Shown: positions 1 through 13,707, counted from the whole stretch's first letter. The stretch is 63,973 nt of DNA, filler included, from Octopus bimaculoides (GCF_001194135.2; 9 parts of 9 records of this genome joined end to end with filler, not necessarily neighbours in it); one strand, 5' to 3'. Notes: generated from the sequence alone by a model not told the origin. Made by a program: numbers and translations.

Positions 1-18
1 TATATATATATATATATG

Positions 19-54
<36 letters not shown>

Positions 55-140
55 TGTATGTGTGTGACCGTTGACTGAACACTATTCAATTTTTTTTCTC
101 CACAATTTTTTTTCTCCGTGTTTTCTCCTTGTCTCCGTAT

Positions 141-177
141 TCTTTCTGTTGAAGAGCGTAGCTCGAAACGTCAAAGA
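141..177 (+). ncRNA. Minimal hammerhead-like motif with variant core (CUGUUGA)
   Basis: TCTTT-CTGTTGA-A-GAGC(GTA)GCTC-GAAA-C-GTC-AAAGA: stem I TCTTT/AAAGA, stem II GAGC/GCTC, palindromic ACGT in place of helix III; A6 replaced by U. Confidence 0.6.
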
Positions 178-797
178 CTTTCCGTATTCCCGAGCGTCAT
201 ACCAATATATACTTTTGTTATTTACACCACCTGTCCTCGTCTGTTGTTATTATTTGTATATTCTCCCATATATATATATATATTATTTATATGTATATAT
301 ATAATTTAATAAACACAATATATATTTTTTTATGAGCTACTATTATTTTGATGCGATGAAAACAGGCTCAGATGACACTTTTCAACATGGTTGGTGTTAA
401 AGATGAAGCTATGAAATGTTACTCAGCCACTCAAATATTAAGCCACTGCATCTTTTAGCTGAAAAGCCGTAAGCTAATGTAGATCTTAAGATAATCTTTT
501 ATTCCTTTGTCATCTCATTTTCTTATCGACACTCTGTACTCGACTAACGCTTCACTCAGACACAAAGGTATATTGAGTGTTAAATCAAGTTATTAGTATT
601 ACAATGCACTATTATCGTTCTTTACTTGATTTGACACGCCAATATATAACAGAAAAATTAGGACGTGCCATGCTTTATAGTGATATTAAGGATTAAATAA
701 GGTTGTCGAAAGAATTAAAGGAATTTAGGATGTAACTGAAAATAACGTATGTTGGTATTATGTAGTTGAGGGTTTCGAAAATATGTTTTTTGCTGTA

Positions 798-1406
798 CAG
801 TAATCACTTGCCAAATCGCGGTTCACATATCGCGGTTTATCATTTGAGCTTACGCCGATTCCTCCGTGGTATTATTTTGCATTTATAATAAAATAGAGGA
901 GGTTTAATGATCTAGTCGTTAGAGCAGCAGAGTAGCAGACGTTGGATCGCGGTTTCGAGACCCAGATCGGGCGTTTTGTGTGTTTATTCAGCGAAAAAAC
1001 CTAAAGCACCACGAAGCCCCGGCAGGAAGTGGTGGAGAACCCTGCTGTACTCTTTCACTACAACGTTCACTCATTCATTCCCCCTCCTTCTGTTGTACTT
1101 GTATTTCGAAGGGCCAGCTTCGTCACACACTGTGTCACGCTGAATTAACCCCGAGAACTACGTGAAGGGTACATGTGTCTGTGGAGTGCTTAGCCAGTTG
1201 CACGTTAATTTCACGGGCAGGCATTTCCGTTGATCGGATCAACTGGAACCTCGTCGTCGTAACCGACGGAGTGCCACGATACTAAAACAGATATATAAAA
1301 GTTATAAAAATCATTAAAACATATACAGTACTGTTTCTACTTAGCGGATTTATACGGATCGCGGGGGTTTTGGAACGTAACACCTGCGATAGTCGAGGGG
1401 TTACTG
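798..1406. mobile_element. pogo/Tigger-like MITE interrupted by a SINE
   Basis: Imperfect TIRs CAGTAATCACTTGCCAAATCGCGG and CCTGCGATAGTCGAGGGGTTACTG, flanked by TA at 796-797 and 1407-1408. Confidence 0.55.
897..1281 (+). mobile_element. tRNA-derived SINE family A, diverged copy
   Basis: Colinear with the 10060-10440 copy (B-box GGTTTCGAGACCC; body ACCCTGCTGTACTCTTTCAC...GATCAACTGGAACC...GACGGAGTGCC). Confidence 0.8.
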
Positions 1407-2814
1407 TATATGTGTTTGTATGAATGTGAGTATTATAATACGTAAAAGTAGCAATTAATACGTGAAGGGATGTAAAAATAGACAACTAGTCTACAAAATG
1501 AATATATGCAGAAATTAAGTGAATTCATTGATTAAATATAATTGTTGCTAAACATTTTATGAAGAGTGAAAGGGTGATTGCATCAGCCTCTTGTTTATGA
1601 TATGAATTCAAAATATATTCGTGGAGAGAGACGCAGATGAATGATTATATCAACAATTAATTTACCCACTGATTTCAGGTAGCTACAAAAGAAAATATAA
1701 TTTTTTTTGAGGGAGTATTATGTGAGATCAATTCTGTGTATTACGTGCAGAGCATGTGAATACAGTACTAGGTGATCAGTTTTTAGAGCTTGAATAATCA
1801 ATTATTTATGGTAGTTAATGTATAAATTATGTCTTCTTGTTCAAATATTTAAGTGGGTATCTTCAGCTTCTAAAATAATGGTTAGTGCGAATCATAAATT
1901 AACAGGGATTTTAGAAATGATTGTTAAAATTATATAATTTTTTTCGAAAATTATGATACGAGTAAGACATGTTTTACAATAAATCACGTTAAACACGTTG
2001 AAAGAAGAATCAGTGAGAAAGGAGAGGTGATAAACTATAAGAGAGCGCAAATGAAATATGAGACGAAGAAACGGTATTATAAATGGCGCAGCAATTTTCG
2101 ATAACGGACAATCAACAACAATGAAATACAATAGACCACTTAAAATATATGAGGAATAGATCATATAGGGATCTTCATATTATTACGCTGATATACAATT
2201 GGTTGGGGTTGCAGGGAAATTATTGCATGTATCACAAGACTGGCACAAAAAGTATATACGCTGTGCTTTGGAAAATGATAACTCTCATGATATATAGACA
2301 TATTAATTACACACACGTATACATGTTCTTAGTTTTCATACGCTACAATTATTTACTTGTATCTTAATAATATCATAGAGAGTCCCAACGTGTACAGTTT
2401 CAAATACGCATCACTATAGATACAATATATGGCCTAAACCATCGCCATATCTCATATTCTCTATTATGATTAACTCTTTGCAATGTTAAATATAGTTCCT
2501 TTTTTACTAATAGCTTCGTTTTTCTTATTGCTCTACGCTCTTCTCCTTAATTTTTCCTCTTAAAGCAATTTATTTGATGGATGCTTAAACATCTAATTAG
2601 CACAACTTCGATAATTAATAAAATTTCACGAATCGTTTACATTGACCAGTTTAATCGCGGACTCGCCTGAACATGTAATAGATATGCCGAAAAGAACCCT
2701 CTTAAACACATCACTTATTACCTCGCTATAATTCTATAAATTTATATATATTGATATACTTTTATATGTTTATATATTCTTTTATACGTTTATATCACTT
2801 TTTACTTCATATAA

Positions 2815-3375
2815 TGAGTGACTTGGGCATTGACATGGATAATGATGCAGATTTTCAGTTGCATATTACTAATTTGGTAAGAAAATGCAGACGGTCGGCC
2901 GGATGGATTCTCCGAATCTTCAGTAGGAGAGAATAGGGAACCATGGTGGTCCTCTGGAGGACATTTGTCCTTGGCCGCTTAAACTACTCCCCTCCCAACT
3001 AGGGTCACCACCCATTATAAAGTTAATGGCGGAAATCCAGCGAAGTTACATAAAAAATATATTGTCCAAATGCAACATGTCAGATAACAGGAAAGGTTGA
3101 AAAAGTTAAAAATCTACTCCCAAGAATGAAGTCGGGGAAGATATGCAGTGACATACATCTGGGGAATCTTGGAAGTATTTGTACCAAATTTCACCATTGA
3201 AAGTTACACAAACAGAAGAACGGAGTGCTGCTGCATAGTGTCAAAGGTCGCCAACAAGATACAGGAAAAGATATTTCAACAGCTTGAGATTGATGGGCCC
3301 GCATAATCTTAAGTATCCTTCCAATAGTGTGGATGTAGACGTCTTGAAAACAAAACTAGATCGCTTCCTCTCAAA
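2815..3375 (+). mobile_element. CR1/L2-group LINE RT C-terminal fragment, decayed
   Basis: DLGIDMDNDADFQLHI...AGWILRIF, then with stops/frameshifts YAVTYIWGILEVFVPNF; typical of the region downstream of RT in this group. Confidence 0.7.
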
Positions 3376-3473
3376 TGCGGTGCTCCAGTACGGACGCAAT
3401 CAAATGACTGAAACAAGTAAAGTAATAAACGAATGTGTGTGTGTTTGAGAGTGTGTGTGTGTGTCTGTGTTTG

Positions 3474-3522
<49 letters not shown>

Positions 3523-3599
3523 GCAATTACTTCGACTTTATGTACATGGTTTGTTTCATGCAGATTAAAGGACTTTCAGTTTAGGCTACCAGAAGCTTT

Positions 3600-3860
3600 G
3601 TTCCAGTTGCAAAGTAGTACACAAATGCACCGTGAACATCAGACGCTACACCTACTGGTACATAGGTGCACTAGCAGATACTTTCAAGAATCGCTACAGA
3701 AACCACATCGCCAGCTTCAGCAAAGTCAACAAGAGACACTCAATATCATTGGCAGATTGTGTCTGGAAACTGAAAGACGAGATAATTAAATATGAATTGA
3801 CTTGGTCAATAGTAAGGCATGCTAATATATATAACACATTTTCTAGTAAGTGCCAAGGTC
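3600..3860 (+). mobile_element. Penelope-like element GIY-YIG endonuclease fragment
   Basis: ORF 3632-3886: YIGALADTFKNRYRNHIASF...SLADCVWKLK...WSIVRHANIYN...C matches the PLE endonuclease pattern YIG..FK.R..H..SF...S.L..IW.LK. Confidence 0.75.
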
Positions 3861-4620
3861 CGAGGAATCGTTATGCATATCGTTGACCAACAATAGCATT
3901 AGTAACAGATTTTCACAGCGAGTGATAAGCTGTTTGCATACAAACAAACATACATATTCACAACACGATAGGAACAATATGTCATGATTACAGATCTGAT
4001 AATCAATTACAGATAACTTAACAGTTAGATAATTGAAAACATCCCAAGTGAAAACATCTGCGATATACTTTATGAACAAACACCACGGAATTACTTAATG
4101 GCCCTGTTATACTGTTTAAAGTGAACATTACAGCTACTTGTACGCTGTCCTGAATATACGCGTGCTTGTCCTAGGATATTGATTTCGGAGCGACGAAAAG
4201 ATTCCTGCTTACGCACAAAACCGGGTACAAGCCAGTTACACTAAAATGCGTTTTATGTGTTATATGTTATATGCTGTATAACATATGGTGTACGTTATAT
4301 AACATATGGTGTATGTAATATATGTCATATGTTATGCGGTGTATGGTATTTTAGAAATCATAGACTAATATATTCCTTTAACACATATAGACGTACTATG
4401 CAATTCTAACTTATAGAATATGCATTGAAACTCATGTCAAATTATCGATGTAACCAGGAAATGTGTCTGCGTATCCGACTTAACTACGAAACCTGTGTGG
4501 GAGTCAGGGTGCCACTAGACCACATGTGTCTCCGCAAATAAGTACTGACGTATGTATATAGCTGTGTACATACATATACATGTATGGTATCTGCGTGTGT
4601 GTGTGCGTGTGTGTGTGTGT

Positions 4621-4660
<40 letters not shown>

Positions 4661-5099
4661 TGAGTGTGTGTGGAGAGTTATGTCGCTTGGTAGCGTAATT
4701 ACCATCTCTAGGTGAAAATTTGGCGAGAATTTTCTGGAGAAGAGTTTATGGGAAATGAGTGTATATCTCTAAGCTTGGTTTTCTTGTAGAAAATGAATGT
4801 GTGTAGAGCTACTATATGTAGAGAATTTGTGGGAGGGGAGGGGTCTACACATTTATGTTCGTTCGTGTGTTTTCTTTCTGCCATGTTTTGGTTAAATTCT
4901 TGCGCATTTATGTAGTGTGTGTAGGTGTTAAATATGTGTAGAGACTTATTTTGGAGGCGGTGGAAAAAGTTTATTGAATGGATGTTCGCCGTGCTGGGGC
5001 GTATGACTTTTTCAGTGTACTTATGTATTTTTTGTCTCCCTGGTATTTGTTGAAGGACGGCCAAAGCTAGGGGACTGCTGGGAAAAGATTAAAAATCTG

Positions 5100-5385
5100 A
5101 CTTCTTCTGTTCAAGTAGATACCTGGACTTTGGTAGCCCTTTAATATTGCTGTATATTACCTGTAGCTATTGAAGTACGCTTCACATTTCTCTAGAATAT
5201 TCCACTTTATGCAATAATCGGTGGCGCATTTTTTCCCAAAGACCACACGTGCTTGGTCAGGGTTGAGGTGCTACATCTCTCCGGTATGTTGAAGGAGGAT
5301 TAGTGGTCGTCATAGCGCGTTATGAAGGGGCCTTCGGTTGCTCCCACTATTCCTGACTTATAAACTCTTAGATGGCTTACCCACC
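5100..5385 (-). mobile_element. Penelope-like GIY-YIG C-terminal fragment, decayed
   Basis: Minus frames give EGPFITRYDDH*SSFNIPERCSTSTLTKHVWSL and KWNILEKCEAY; same pattern as 3600-3860. Confidence 0.6.
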
Positions 5386-5419
<34 letters not shown>

Positions 5420-7329
5420 ATTTTATTAAAAATTGTAGCTTTCTCTAAAATCTCAATATATTGTTGTGTTGTATATTAGATTTATCAAGTGTAAACTGCC
5501 TCAAGTTACAAAGCTGAAAACTTTAGGACGAAAAGAAAATAGAGAATCAGTCTTTACAAAATTTCAAATGTCACTACAAGCAAATAAATTAATAAACACA
5601 CTTTTGTTATTCGCAGATTTGGTTTAATGCAACAGATATAATTGTCGTAAAAGTTAACAGCAATTCCAAACTTTTATGAGTCAGATACAATATTTTCAAT
5701 GTTAAAAATACAAAAAAAGCTTGTCCGCACAGAAATGCTTATCTGAGACATTTTCAAAATGAAATTTAAATGATTTCGTAGAGTTAAAGCATAACACAAA
5801 CATATCTATCACCACTACTGGTAATCATTACAACATACAACCTGTGCTCTAAATTCGTATATATTGGGTTTAACTCTGATTAGTTTCTCCCGACATACAA
5901 GTCTTCGCTATTACCTTGTATACAGTTCTTTCAGATTGTCTGTCATTGGGCTGCGGATATCATAGGAAACAATGTTATAGGGTGAGTCGGCCAAATCTAA
6001 TACTCATTTTACATCCGGTCCTTAGTCTTTCGTTATTTTACATGCTGATTTGAGGTCATATATTAATGGATTTCCATTTTTTTTCATTCATAGATTTGGT
6101 GCGTTCTTTATTTATTGTTGCTGCCGTTTACTTAGGAAGAGTGGAAGAAACAACATGTCTCGTGATAGATTTATATGAATCAGTTTTACATACAAACATG
6201 ATTACGACACCATTCCAGTAACGAGCTTAATGAAATTAATGCCAGAAATGAGACAAATGTCACTATTTATTCTAATGTTAAAGGTTATCTTTCAAACAAT
6301 CGTTAATCAATAAATGGTGTTGTGGACAAATATATAAGATCCATCTAAGATTATCTCTATAGTCTTAATGTTCATTATGAGCGCATAAATGTTTCAACGG
6401 AACCGGTTACACAAAAGATTTAATACACGATCCTTTCATTACAATCTTATAGTCGGGCTACAATATCATACCGTCTAATCAATTGGGAGATGTGTGATTA
6501 ATAGAATAGTACACGCAAAAGCTATTCAATGCATTGGATAAAGGGATGAAAGAACTGGCGGATATTATATCTCTCAACAAACGTCTATTAATCCGTCCTT
6601 GATATACAGTTGATTAATACCCCGAATCACGACCTGTCTTATGGTAATCAAATAGCCAATTCACAATGGTTTCAAATAGTGATTCTGAAAAGACTGTTTA
6701 GAATTTCTTAAATTTTAATAAAAACAACAATTACGATTAAAGTCAAAATACCCTGGTTACAGCAATTCGTATGCAAGTTAAGTGAAATACGAGCTCCACT
6801 GAAATACAAAAGTATGTATTGAAGGATCATAAAAGAAAGGTACGAGAATGATAAACAATGAGCCATACGTTATAGCTATGAATATATATATATATATATA
6901 TTACTGATAAATTCCTCATTTTACATAATATCGAGGTCTTATTCATTCATTTGTTGTCATACTATTACTATTAATATATATATATAAGTAAGAAGTAAAA
7001 AGTAAAAGTGTCAAAAGGAAGAGTAAGTACGGTTAGTCAGCTTTTTAATCGCTGCAAATATTTTGATAAATACAGATCCTCGTATATACAAGATTTAAAG
7101 TTAAATTTAAATTAAATTATGTAACGATTTAGTTGTATAAGAAGATCTCTATGTATCTCCTCAGGCGATACTCAGTTGTTGTCTCCGTAAATAAATCTAG
7201 ATATCCATGCTACAATATCCATATATATATATACAGTGAGAATGGAAGATACGTGCATCAGTTGCTGAGATATTCGACTCACGATCGAATTCATGTTACT
7301 TCAGCTGGCACAGATGAGTTGTACCTGTA

Positions 7330-7500
7330 ATTCAAAGGGTCGGCTTAGTCATAGACTCTGTCACGTTGAATCCCCTTGAGAACTACGTCAAGGGTACGAG
7401 TGGCTTTGGAGTGCTCAGCCACTTGCACGTTAATTTCACGAGCAGGCTGTTCTGTTGATCAGATCAACTGCTGGAGCCCTCGTCGTTGAAGGACGACGAT
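7330..7500 (+). mobile_element. SINE family A, 3' part
   Basis: GTAATTCAAAGGGTC...GAGAACTACG...CCACTTGCACGTTAATTTCACGAGCAGGCTGTT shared with other copies. Confidence 0.8.
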
Positions 7501-7561
7501 GTGACTTATAATTATGTGTGTGCGTGTGTGTGTGTTTATGTATATATGCATGTGTGTATTA

Positions 7562-8236
7562 CACTTAAACAAAAATATTATTGACAGTGTCTTCGAAGTT
7601 GCGGTTAGCTATACCATCAACCAGCGGCAGTGCAATGACGTCAATCATGGCTTTATATAGTCTATGTTGGGTTAAAATCTTCCTCTTCTTTATGGGTATG
7701 AGTAGAGAGGTAATTAGGTTTTAGGGTGGTTCTGTTTTGGGAAGTAATAGAAGGTATGAGTAGTTTCAATCATTTTAGATTTCCTTTTACAAGTAAACGC
7801 CAAATTGCGAGTACTTAAAACTTTAGTAATTGAGTGTATTATCTGTTTTGTAATGGAACTTTTTCGGGAGAGGGGGTTCTCATAATGAATAAATCCAATT
7901 AAACCAAAAACAGCTAAATCTATTGTCTTATCATATAACTGCCTACAAGATGAAACACATAAATATTCACGTGAGCTTAAAATGTTCTATATATATGGGT
8001 AGGTCCCAAACAATAACAGAACCCAAATTTTATCACTAAAAAATTCTCCAAAACACCTCTACCTAACAACCAATCCTAAAACTTCATTACCACTCCACTC
8101 AAATCCACAAACCCAAGTATGATTTTAACTCAACGAAGACGATATCAAGCCATGATTAATTTCAGAGCATCGCAGTCTCACAGTGGCTTAACTAGCAGAA
8201 ACTTCGAAGCCACTCTCAATAATATTCTTTCTTAAG
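7562..8236. mobile_element. Old MITE-like element with long (~170-190 bp) imperfect inverted repeats
   Basis: AATATTATTGACAGTGTCTTCGAAGTT...AATCATGGCTTTATATAGTCTATGTTGGGTTAAAATC (7574-7680) matches the reverse complement of 8120-8226. Confidence 0.55.
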
Positions 8237-8445
8237 TACATAATAAATATGTACACCACAAAAGTATGAAGTAATCAATAGTATTAAAATAAAATAGGTT
8301 TTCTTGTGTGTACACGTATAAGATATACATGCAGTGTGTACCTCTGTAATTACGCTTCATCATTCTTGAAAATATGTGTATATATATTTTTATACACACA
8401 CAAATGCACACATATATATCTATATATATATATGTGTGTGTCTCT

Positions 8446-8496
<51 letters not shown>

Positions 8497-9081
8497 GCCT
8501 ACACGTGTGTGTGTGTGCGTGTGAGGAGAGTTTAGGAGAAAAGAGATTGTCTCGTCGCTCGAGACAAGCACCGATGAAAACTGTGTTTGCACATATTTAC
8601 ACCTATAAATCAAAAGAAAGCAGCGCTAAGGTTATTTATGTGTGTTGATATTTAAGATATTTTTTTGCACTTTTAGATGTTATCAGTATATTAAATTTTG
8701 ATTGATGCGGTAGAAAGTATAATTTTTTAGACAATAAAGAAACAAAATTAATTACAAGGATATGTGTGTGTGTTTGTATCTGTGTGTCTGTATGTTTCTC
8801 TGTCTGTCCGTCTGTATATATATATGCACGAACATGAAAGTACTTCTCTAAGCGTTAATCTACCTTTGTCCTTCTCCTTTCTTTTCTACCTTAGCAGTTA
8901 TGACATCGAAAGCTGATTAGGTCATTTTTATCTAAACTAGAACGCAAAATTTCCACGTTCATATTTGAATGCTTCTTCTGTTTCTATAATATTATTTGCT
9001 TTTATTCGTTCCCTAACTTGATGGGCATATAACAACAAGCCAGCCGACACTAAAAATCTCTAGTGAAACATTTTTATCAAT

Positions 9082-9126
9082 GTACCTGAAGAGACCCAGA
9101 CTAATGGGTCAAAACATATGTTGGAC
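9082..9126 (+). ncRNA. Decayed minimal hammerhead motif (G12A)
   Basis: GTAC-CTGAAGA-GACCC(AGACTAAT)GGGTC-AAAA-CATATG-TT-GGAC; perfect 5-bp stem II, palindromic ACATATGT, stem I 3/4 paired. Confidence 0.5.
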
Positions 9127-9412
9127 CTAATAAATGTCTAATACGAAACACATCTATTAATTAATATTATTACCCTCACTACGACTGGAGTTTCTGGTCA
9201 AAACTGTGTCGGTGCTGTACTCAATGTTCAAACATACCAATCGATTTATACTTATTCGTCCAAAGACCGCAGCCACTTGGCTGAAACACATAAATAAATA
9301 AATAATATATATNNNNNNNNNNNNNNNNNNNNNNNNNNNNNNNNNNNNNNNNNNNNTTAATTAATTAANNNNNNNNNNNNNNNNNNNNNNNNNNNNNNNN
9401 NNNNNNNNNNNN

Positions 9413-9454
<42 letters not shown>

Positions 9455-9457
9455 CAG

Positions 9458-9493
<36 letters not shown>

Positions 9494-10059
9494 GCACACA
9501 CACACAGATACACACACACATGTATATATGCCAATAAAACTTTAACTATTGTTGTGGAGCCGAGTCAAGCAGTTATGAAATACGTGACTACAACTAGGTG
9601 TTACAACTGCTACCGGCTTTCGTTTGTTCAGTCACCCGTATGGGCATGTGCATATACGCGTGTGTGACTGTGTGTGCGTGTATGTACGTGTGTATGTTTG
9701 TTTGTGTGTAGCATATATGCGCCTCCGTACACTGGCACAAGCAAACATCCAAAGATATGTACACGCAATTGAAGTCGAGGAAACTATATCAGAAGAGCGC
9801 TTACATGCTCACAATAAAGGTACGATAGAGTTATATAACATAGACATGTGTTATATAGGGAGATGAAACCAACCTTTATTGTATAACATGTACAGTATCT
9901 TAGCGTCCCAGTATATTTAGCACGTAGAACGAACACTCCTCTTAGATATTTTCCCTCCTTTATCCTTATTGCTGGGGATGAAAGAAAAATATTTGCTATT
10001 ATTTTGAACTGATATTTATTATGGCACTTGCAAATTATAATAATAATATAACAATAATG

Positions 10060-10440
10060 TGGAGGCGCAATGGCTCAGTGGTTAGGGCAGCGGACGCGCG
10101 GTCATAGGGTCGCGGTTCCGATTCCTACACCGGGCGTTGTGAGTGTTTATTGAGCGAAAACACCTAAACTCCACGAGGCTCCGGCAGGGTATGGTGGCGA
10201 ACCCTGCTGTACTCTTTCACCACAACTTTCTCTCACTCTTACTTCCTGTTTCTGTTGTGCTTGTAATTCAAAGGGTCAGCCTTGTCACACTGTGTCACGC
10301 TGAATATCCTCGAGAACTACGTTAAGGGTACACGTGTCTGTGGAGTGCTCAGCCACTTGCACGTTAATTTCACGAGCAGGCTGTTCCATTGATCGGATCA
10401 ACTGGAACCCTCGAAGTCGTAAGCGACGGAGTGCCAGCAT
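10060..10440 (+). mobile_element. tRNA-derived SINE family A, full-length
   Basis: A-box TGGCTCAGTGGTTAGG and B-box GGTTCCGATTCC; near-identical to 12790-13250 and 36297-36562; possible TSD ATAACAAT. Confidence 0.9.
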
Positions 10441-10454
10441 AACAATTATAATTC

Positions 10455-10658
10455 TTTCTACTGGAAGCACAAGGCCTCAAATTTGGGGGAAGGGATTAAA
10501 TAGATTACATCAACCCCAGTGCTTAATTTATCGACCCGGAAGGGATGAAATGCGAAGTCGACCCCGGCGGCATTTGAACTCAGAACGTAGCGGCAGACGA
10601 AATACCGATAAGAATTTCGCCTGGCGTGCTAACCATTCTGCCAGCTCGTCGCCTTATT
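10455..10658 (-). mobile_element. tRNA-derived SINE family B
   Basis: Reverse strand GGCGACGAGCTGGCAGAATGGTTAGCACGCCAGG...GAGTTCAAATGCCGCCGGGGTCGAC; related copies at 11890-12045, 40590-40803 and 63340-63430. Confidence 0.85.
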
Positions 10659-10839
10659 GAACAACAACAACAATAATAATGATAATCCTTTCTACTAAAG
10701 GTACAAGGTGTGAAATTTTTGTGGTAAGGGACAAGTCCATTACCTCGACCCCCCTTTGCACAGCTTCTAATGCTGGAGATGTACTACAATGTCAGCTGTT
10801 CACTACCAGTGAACTAAGGTAACACCTCTTATTTTTCGA

Positions 10840-10902
<63 letters not shown>

Positions 10903-12269
10903 CAGGAGCATATTCAATACGCTTTCACACAGTTTCCGTCAAACAAATTCACTCACAAGGCATTGCTTGGCCCAGGGCTATAGAAGAAGAGGTTTGTTCC
11001 AAATGCTGCACAGTTAGGCTGAACTCGAAATTACACGGTTGCAAAGCGAGCTTCTTAACCTCGTAACCATGCCTGCTGTATGCGTGTACTATCACTTACA
11101 TTTGAAAATCCTCAATTATGATATGATATCGATATCGAGGCTCTCTTTTCTACAGGCTAGATAGTACCACCATAGAAACTCTAGTTAAATTAATGGATAT
11201 ACACTGAATCAATATATGAATATTTTTAAATAACTTTAGCTAAATATTCAGAAACGAAAATGTAAAACTCCTTTGAATAAAGATGAAGAAATCTTTCTTT
11301 CATATCGTTGTAAAATCTCTGAATATAATCTACAGATAAATTCGAATTTTTTAAAGATAAGATCCGAAGTACTTCCTAAATATTCGTCCCTCCTTATTTC
11401 AGTTCAAAGGAGAAGGTTATGTGCAGGAAATGCATTATCTAAACAAGTTGTATATGAAGTATTATTTTTTATTCTTGAGCTGATTTTGATATCCAAGAAA
11501 AGTATTTTCCATAATACAATTTCTATCGACTAATGCAGATTATATACAGTACTAGTTCAATATACATCTACATGTGTAATAGTTGGACGCATCGTTAGCG
11601 TTGAATCCAGGGATCATTAGCTGTTTCGTACCATACGACATACTTCCTCAGGCAGGCGACCTGACTTAGGATGATGAAGCTTAGACCTGTATCCAGGCAA
11701 CATTCTGCTGACGCCATTCTGATCATCCCTTTTCAGTCAGAGCCATGTAGAGGCTTTCTGAGTATCCTTCATGTTGTTCTCGAGGGTGGGGATATACTTT
11801 TCCAAACACACACACACACATTATCGGTCTCTCTCTTCCTCTCTCTTCCTCTCTCTCCCTTTCTCTTTCTCTTTCATTATTTCTTTCTTTCTAGCCCGGC
11901 GTGCTAACGTTTCTTATTTCTTTATTGCCCACAAGGGGGTAAACATAGAGGGGACAAACAAGGACAGACAAAGGGATTAAGTCGAAATACCGCTAAGCAT
12001 TTCGCCCGGCGTGCTAACGTTTCTGCCAGCTCGACGCCCTACCAGACAAAATAATAAAATAATAAGTATTGAGCTCGATTAGTCCAACAAAAAAAACCCT
12101 TCAATGTAGTGCTCCAGCATGGCTGCAGTCCCATAACTGTAATAAGTAAAAGATATAAAAATAAAAGAATATACTAACACCAGGAAGATTTATCAGAAGT
12201 GACCAGAAGAGTGCCTTCATATCATCATTATCAATTTCTGGACATCATTGTTTCGAGTCCGTTAACTGG

Positions 12270-12777
12270 TTTCCATAGCGTATAAGTGACCTAGAACACA
12301 ACCTCGCCCACCCCCAACGAGACGACAGTCCATCGCGTGGTAACTCATTTACAGCTGAGTGGAGTGGAGCAACGTCTAATGAAGTGTTTTGCTCAAGGAC
12401 ACAACGCACTATCCAGTCTTGGAATCGAAACCTCAATCCCGCAATCGTGAGTGTGCAACACCCTTAGTATTAATGCAACGTACTACCCCATCCGAGAATC
12501 GAAACCGCCACCCTGCCATCGTGCGTGTAACACCCCCTAACTACTAATGTAACTCACTATCCAGTCCGGAAATCGAAACAACAATCTCCCGAATCGTGAA
12601 TGCAACACTCCGACTACAAAGGTAACGCATTAACCAGTCCAGGAATCGAAACCAGAATCCTGCGATCATCAGTGCAGTACCTTAACTACTAAATAATGCA
12701 TTACCCAGTCATGGAATCGAAATCACCCTCTTGCAATCGTGGATGCAACGACTTAACGACTAGGCCATGTGCCTTCA
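12270..12777 (-). mobile_element. SINE with five tandem tRNA-like heads
   Basis: GGAATCGAAAC (reverse B-box) at ~12421, 12495, 12569, 12642 and 12713 (~73-bp period), followed on the minus strand by the SINE body GTTGTGTCCTTGAGCAAAACACTT...CCACTCAGCTGTAAATGAGT. Confidence 0.75.
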
Positions 12778-12789
12778 TACCTACATTGT

Positions 12790-13250
12790 TGTTGGCACTC
12801 AGTCGCTTACGACGTCGAGGGTTCCAGTTGATCCGATCAACGAAACAGCCTGCTCGTGAAATTAACGTGCAAGTGGCTGAGCACTCCACAGACACGTGTA
12901 CCCTTAACGTAGTTCTCGAGGATATTCAGCGTGACACAGAGTGTGACAAGGCTGACCCTTTGANNNNNNNNNNGTGTACCCTTAACGTAGTTCTCGAGGA
13001 TATTCAGCGTGACACAGAGTGTGACAAGGCTGACCCTTTGAATTACAGGCACAACAGAAACAGGAAGAAAGAGCGAGAGAAAGTTGTGGTGAAAGAGTAC
13101 AGCAGGGTTCGCCACCATCCCCTGCCGGAGCCTCGGGGAGCTTTAGGTGTTTTTCGCTCAATAAATACTCACAACGCCTGGTCTGGGAATCGAAAGCGCG
13201 ATCCTATGACCGCGAGTCCGCTGCCCTAACCACTGGGCTATTGCGCCTCT
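12790..13250 (-). mobile_element. SINE family A (contains a 10-N gap with duplicated flanks)
   Basis: Reverse complement of the 10060-10440 copy. Confidence 0.9.
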
Positions 13251-13707
13251 CATACCTACATACACTCATACGAAAATAACGCCGAGCGATGGCGTTAATA
13301 GTAATTCATAAAGATACCAGATTCTTTAATACCAGATAACATGATGAGACCGGACTAAACGGATTCCATTAACAGTACTTTGGTAGACGTTACTTTCTTT
13401 CTAAAAGTCCTACGGCAACGATAATTTACCGATGCAGTGTATCAGCAGACGTACGGCTTGATTCAATCTGAGTCTGCGCATCATCATGATAGGGTCACAT
13501 GACCTCGAAATGTCAATACAGTGGAACATGGTAAAACATACTGGAAATTTCAATAATGATCATGAAACAAATAACAGATGGAAAATGTATATATATATAT
13601 ATATATNNNNNNNNNNNNNNNNNNNNNNNNNNNNNNNNNNNNNNNNNNNNTTAATTAATTAANNNNNNNNNNNNNNNNNNNNNNNNNNNNNNNNNNNNNN
13701 NNNNNNA

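Noticed and set aside
1500-1900. Possible Helitron helicase remnant (YPLKYLN...INK)
   Set aside because: Only short scattered motif resemblance amid many stops.
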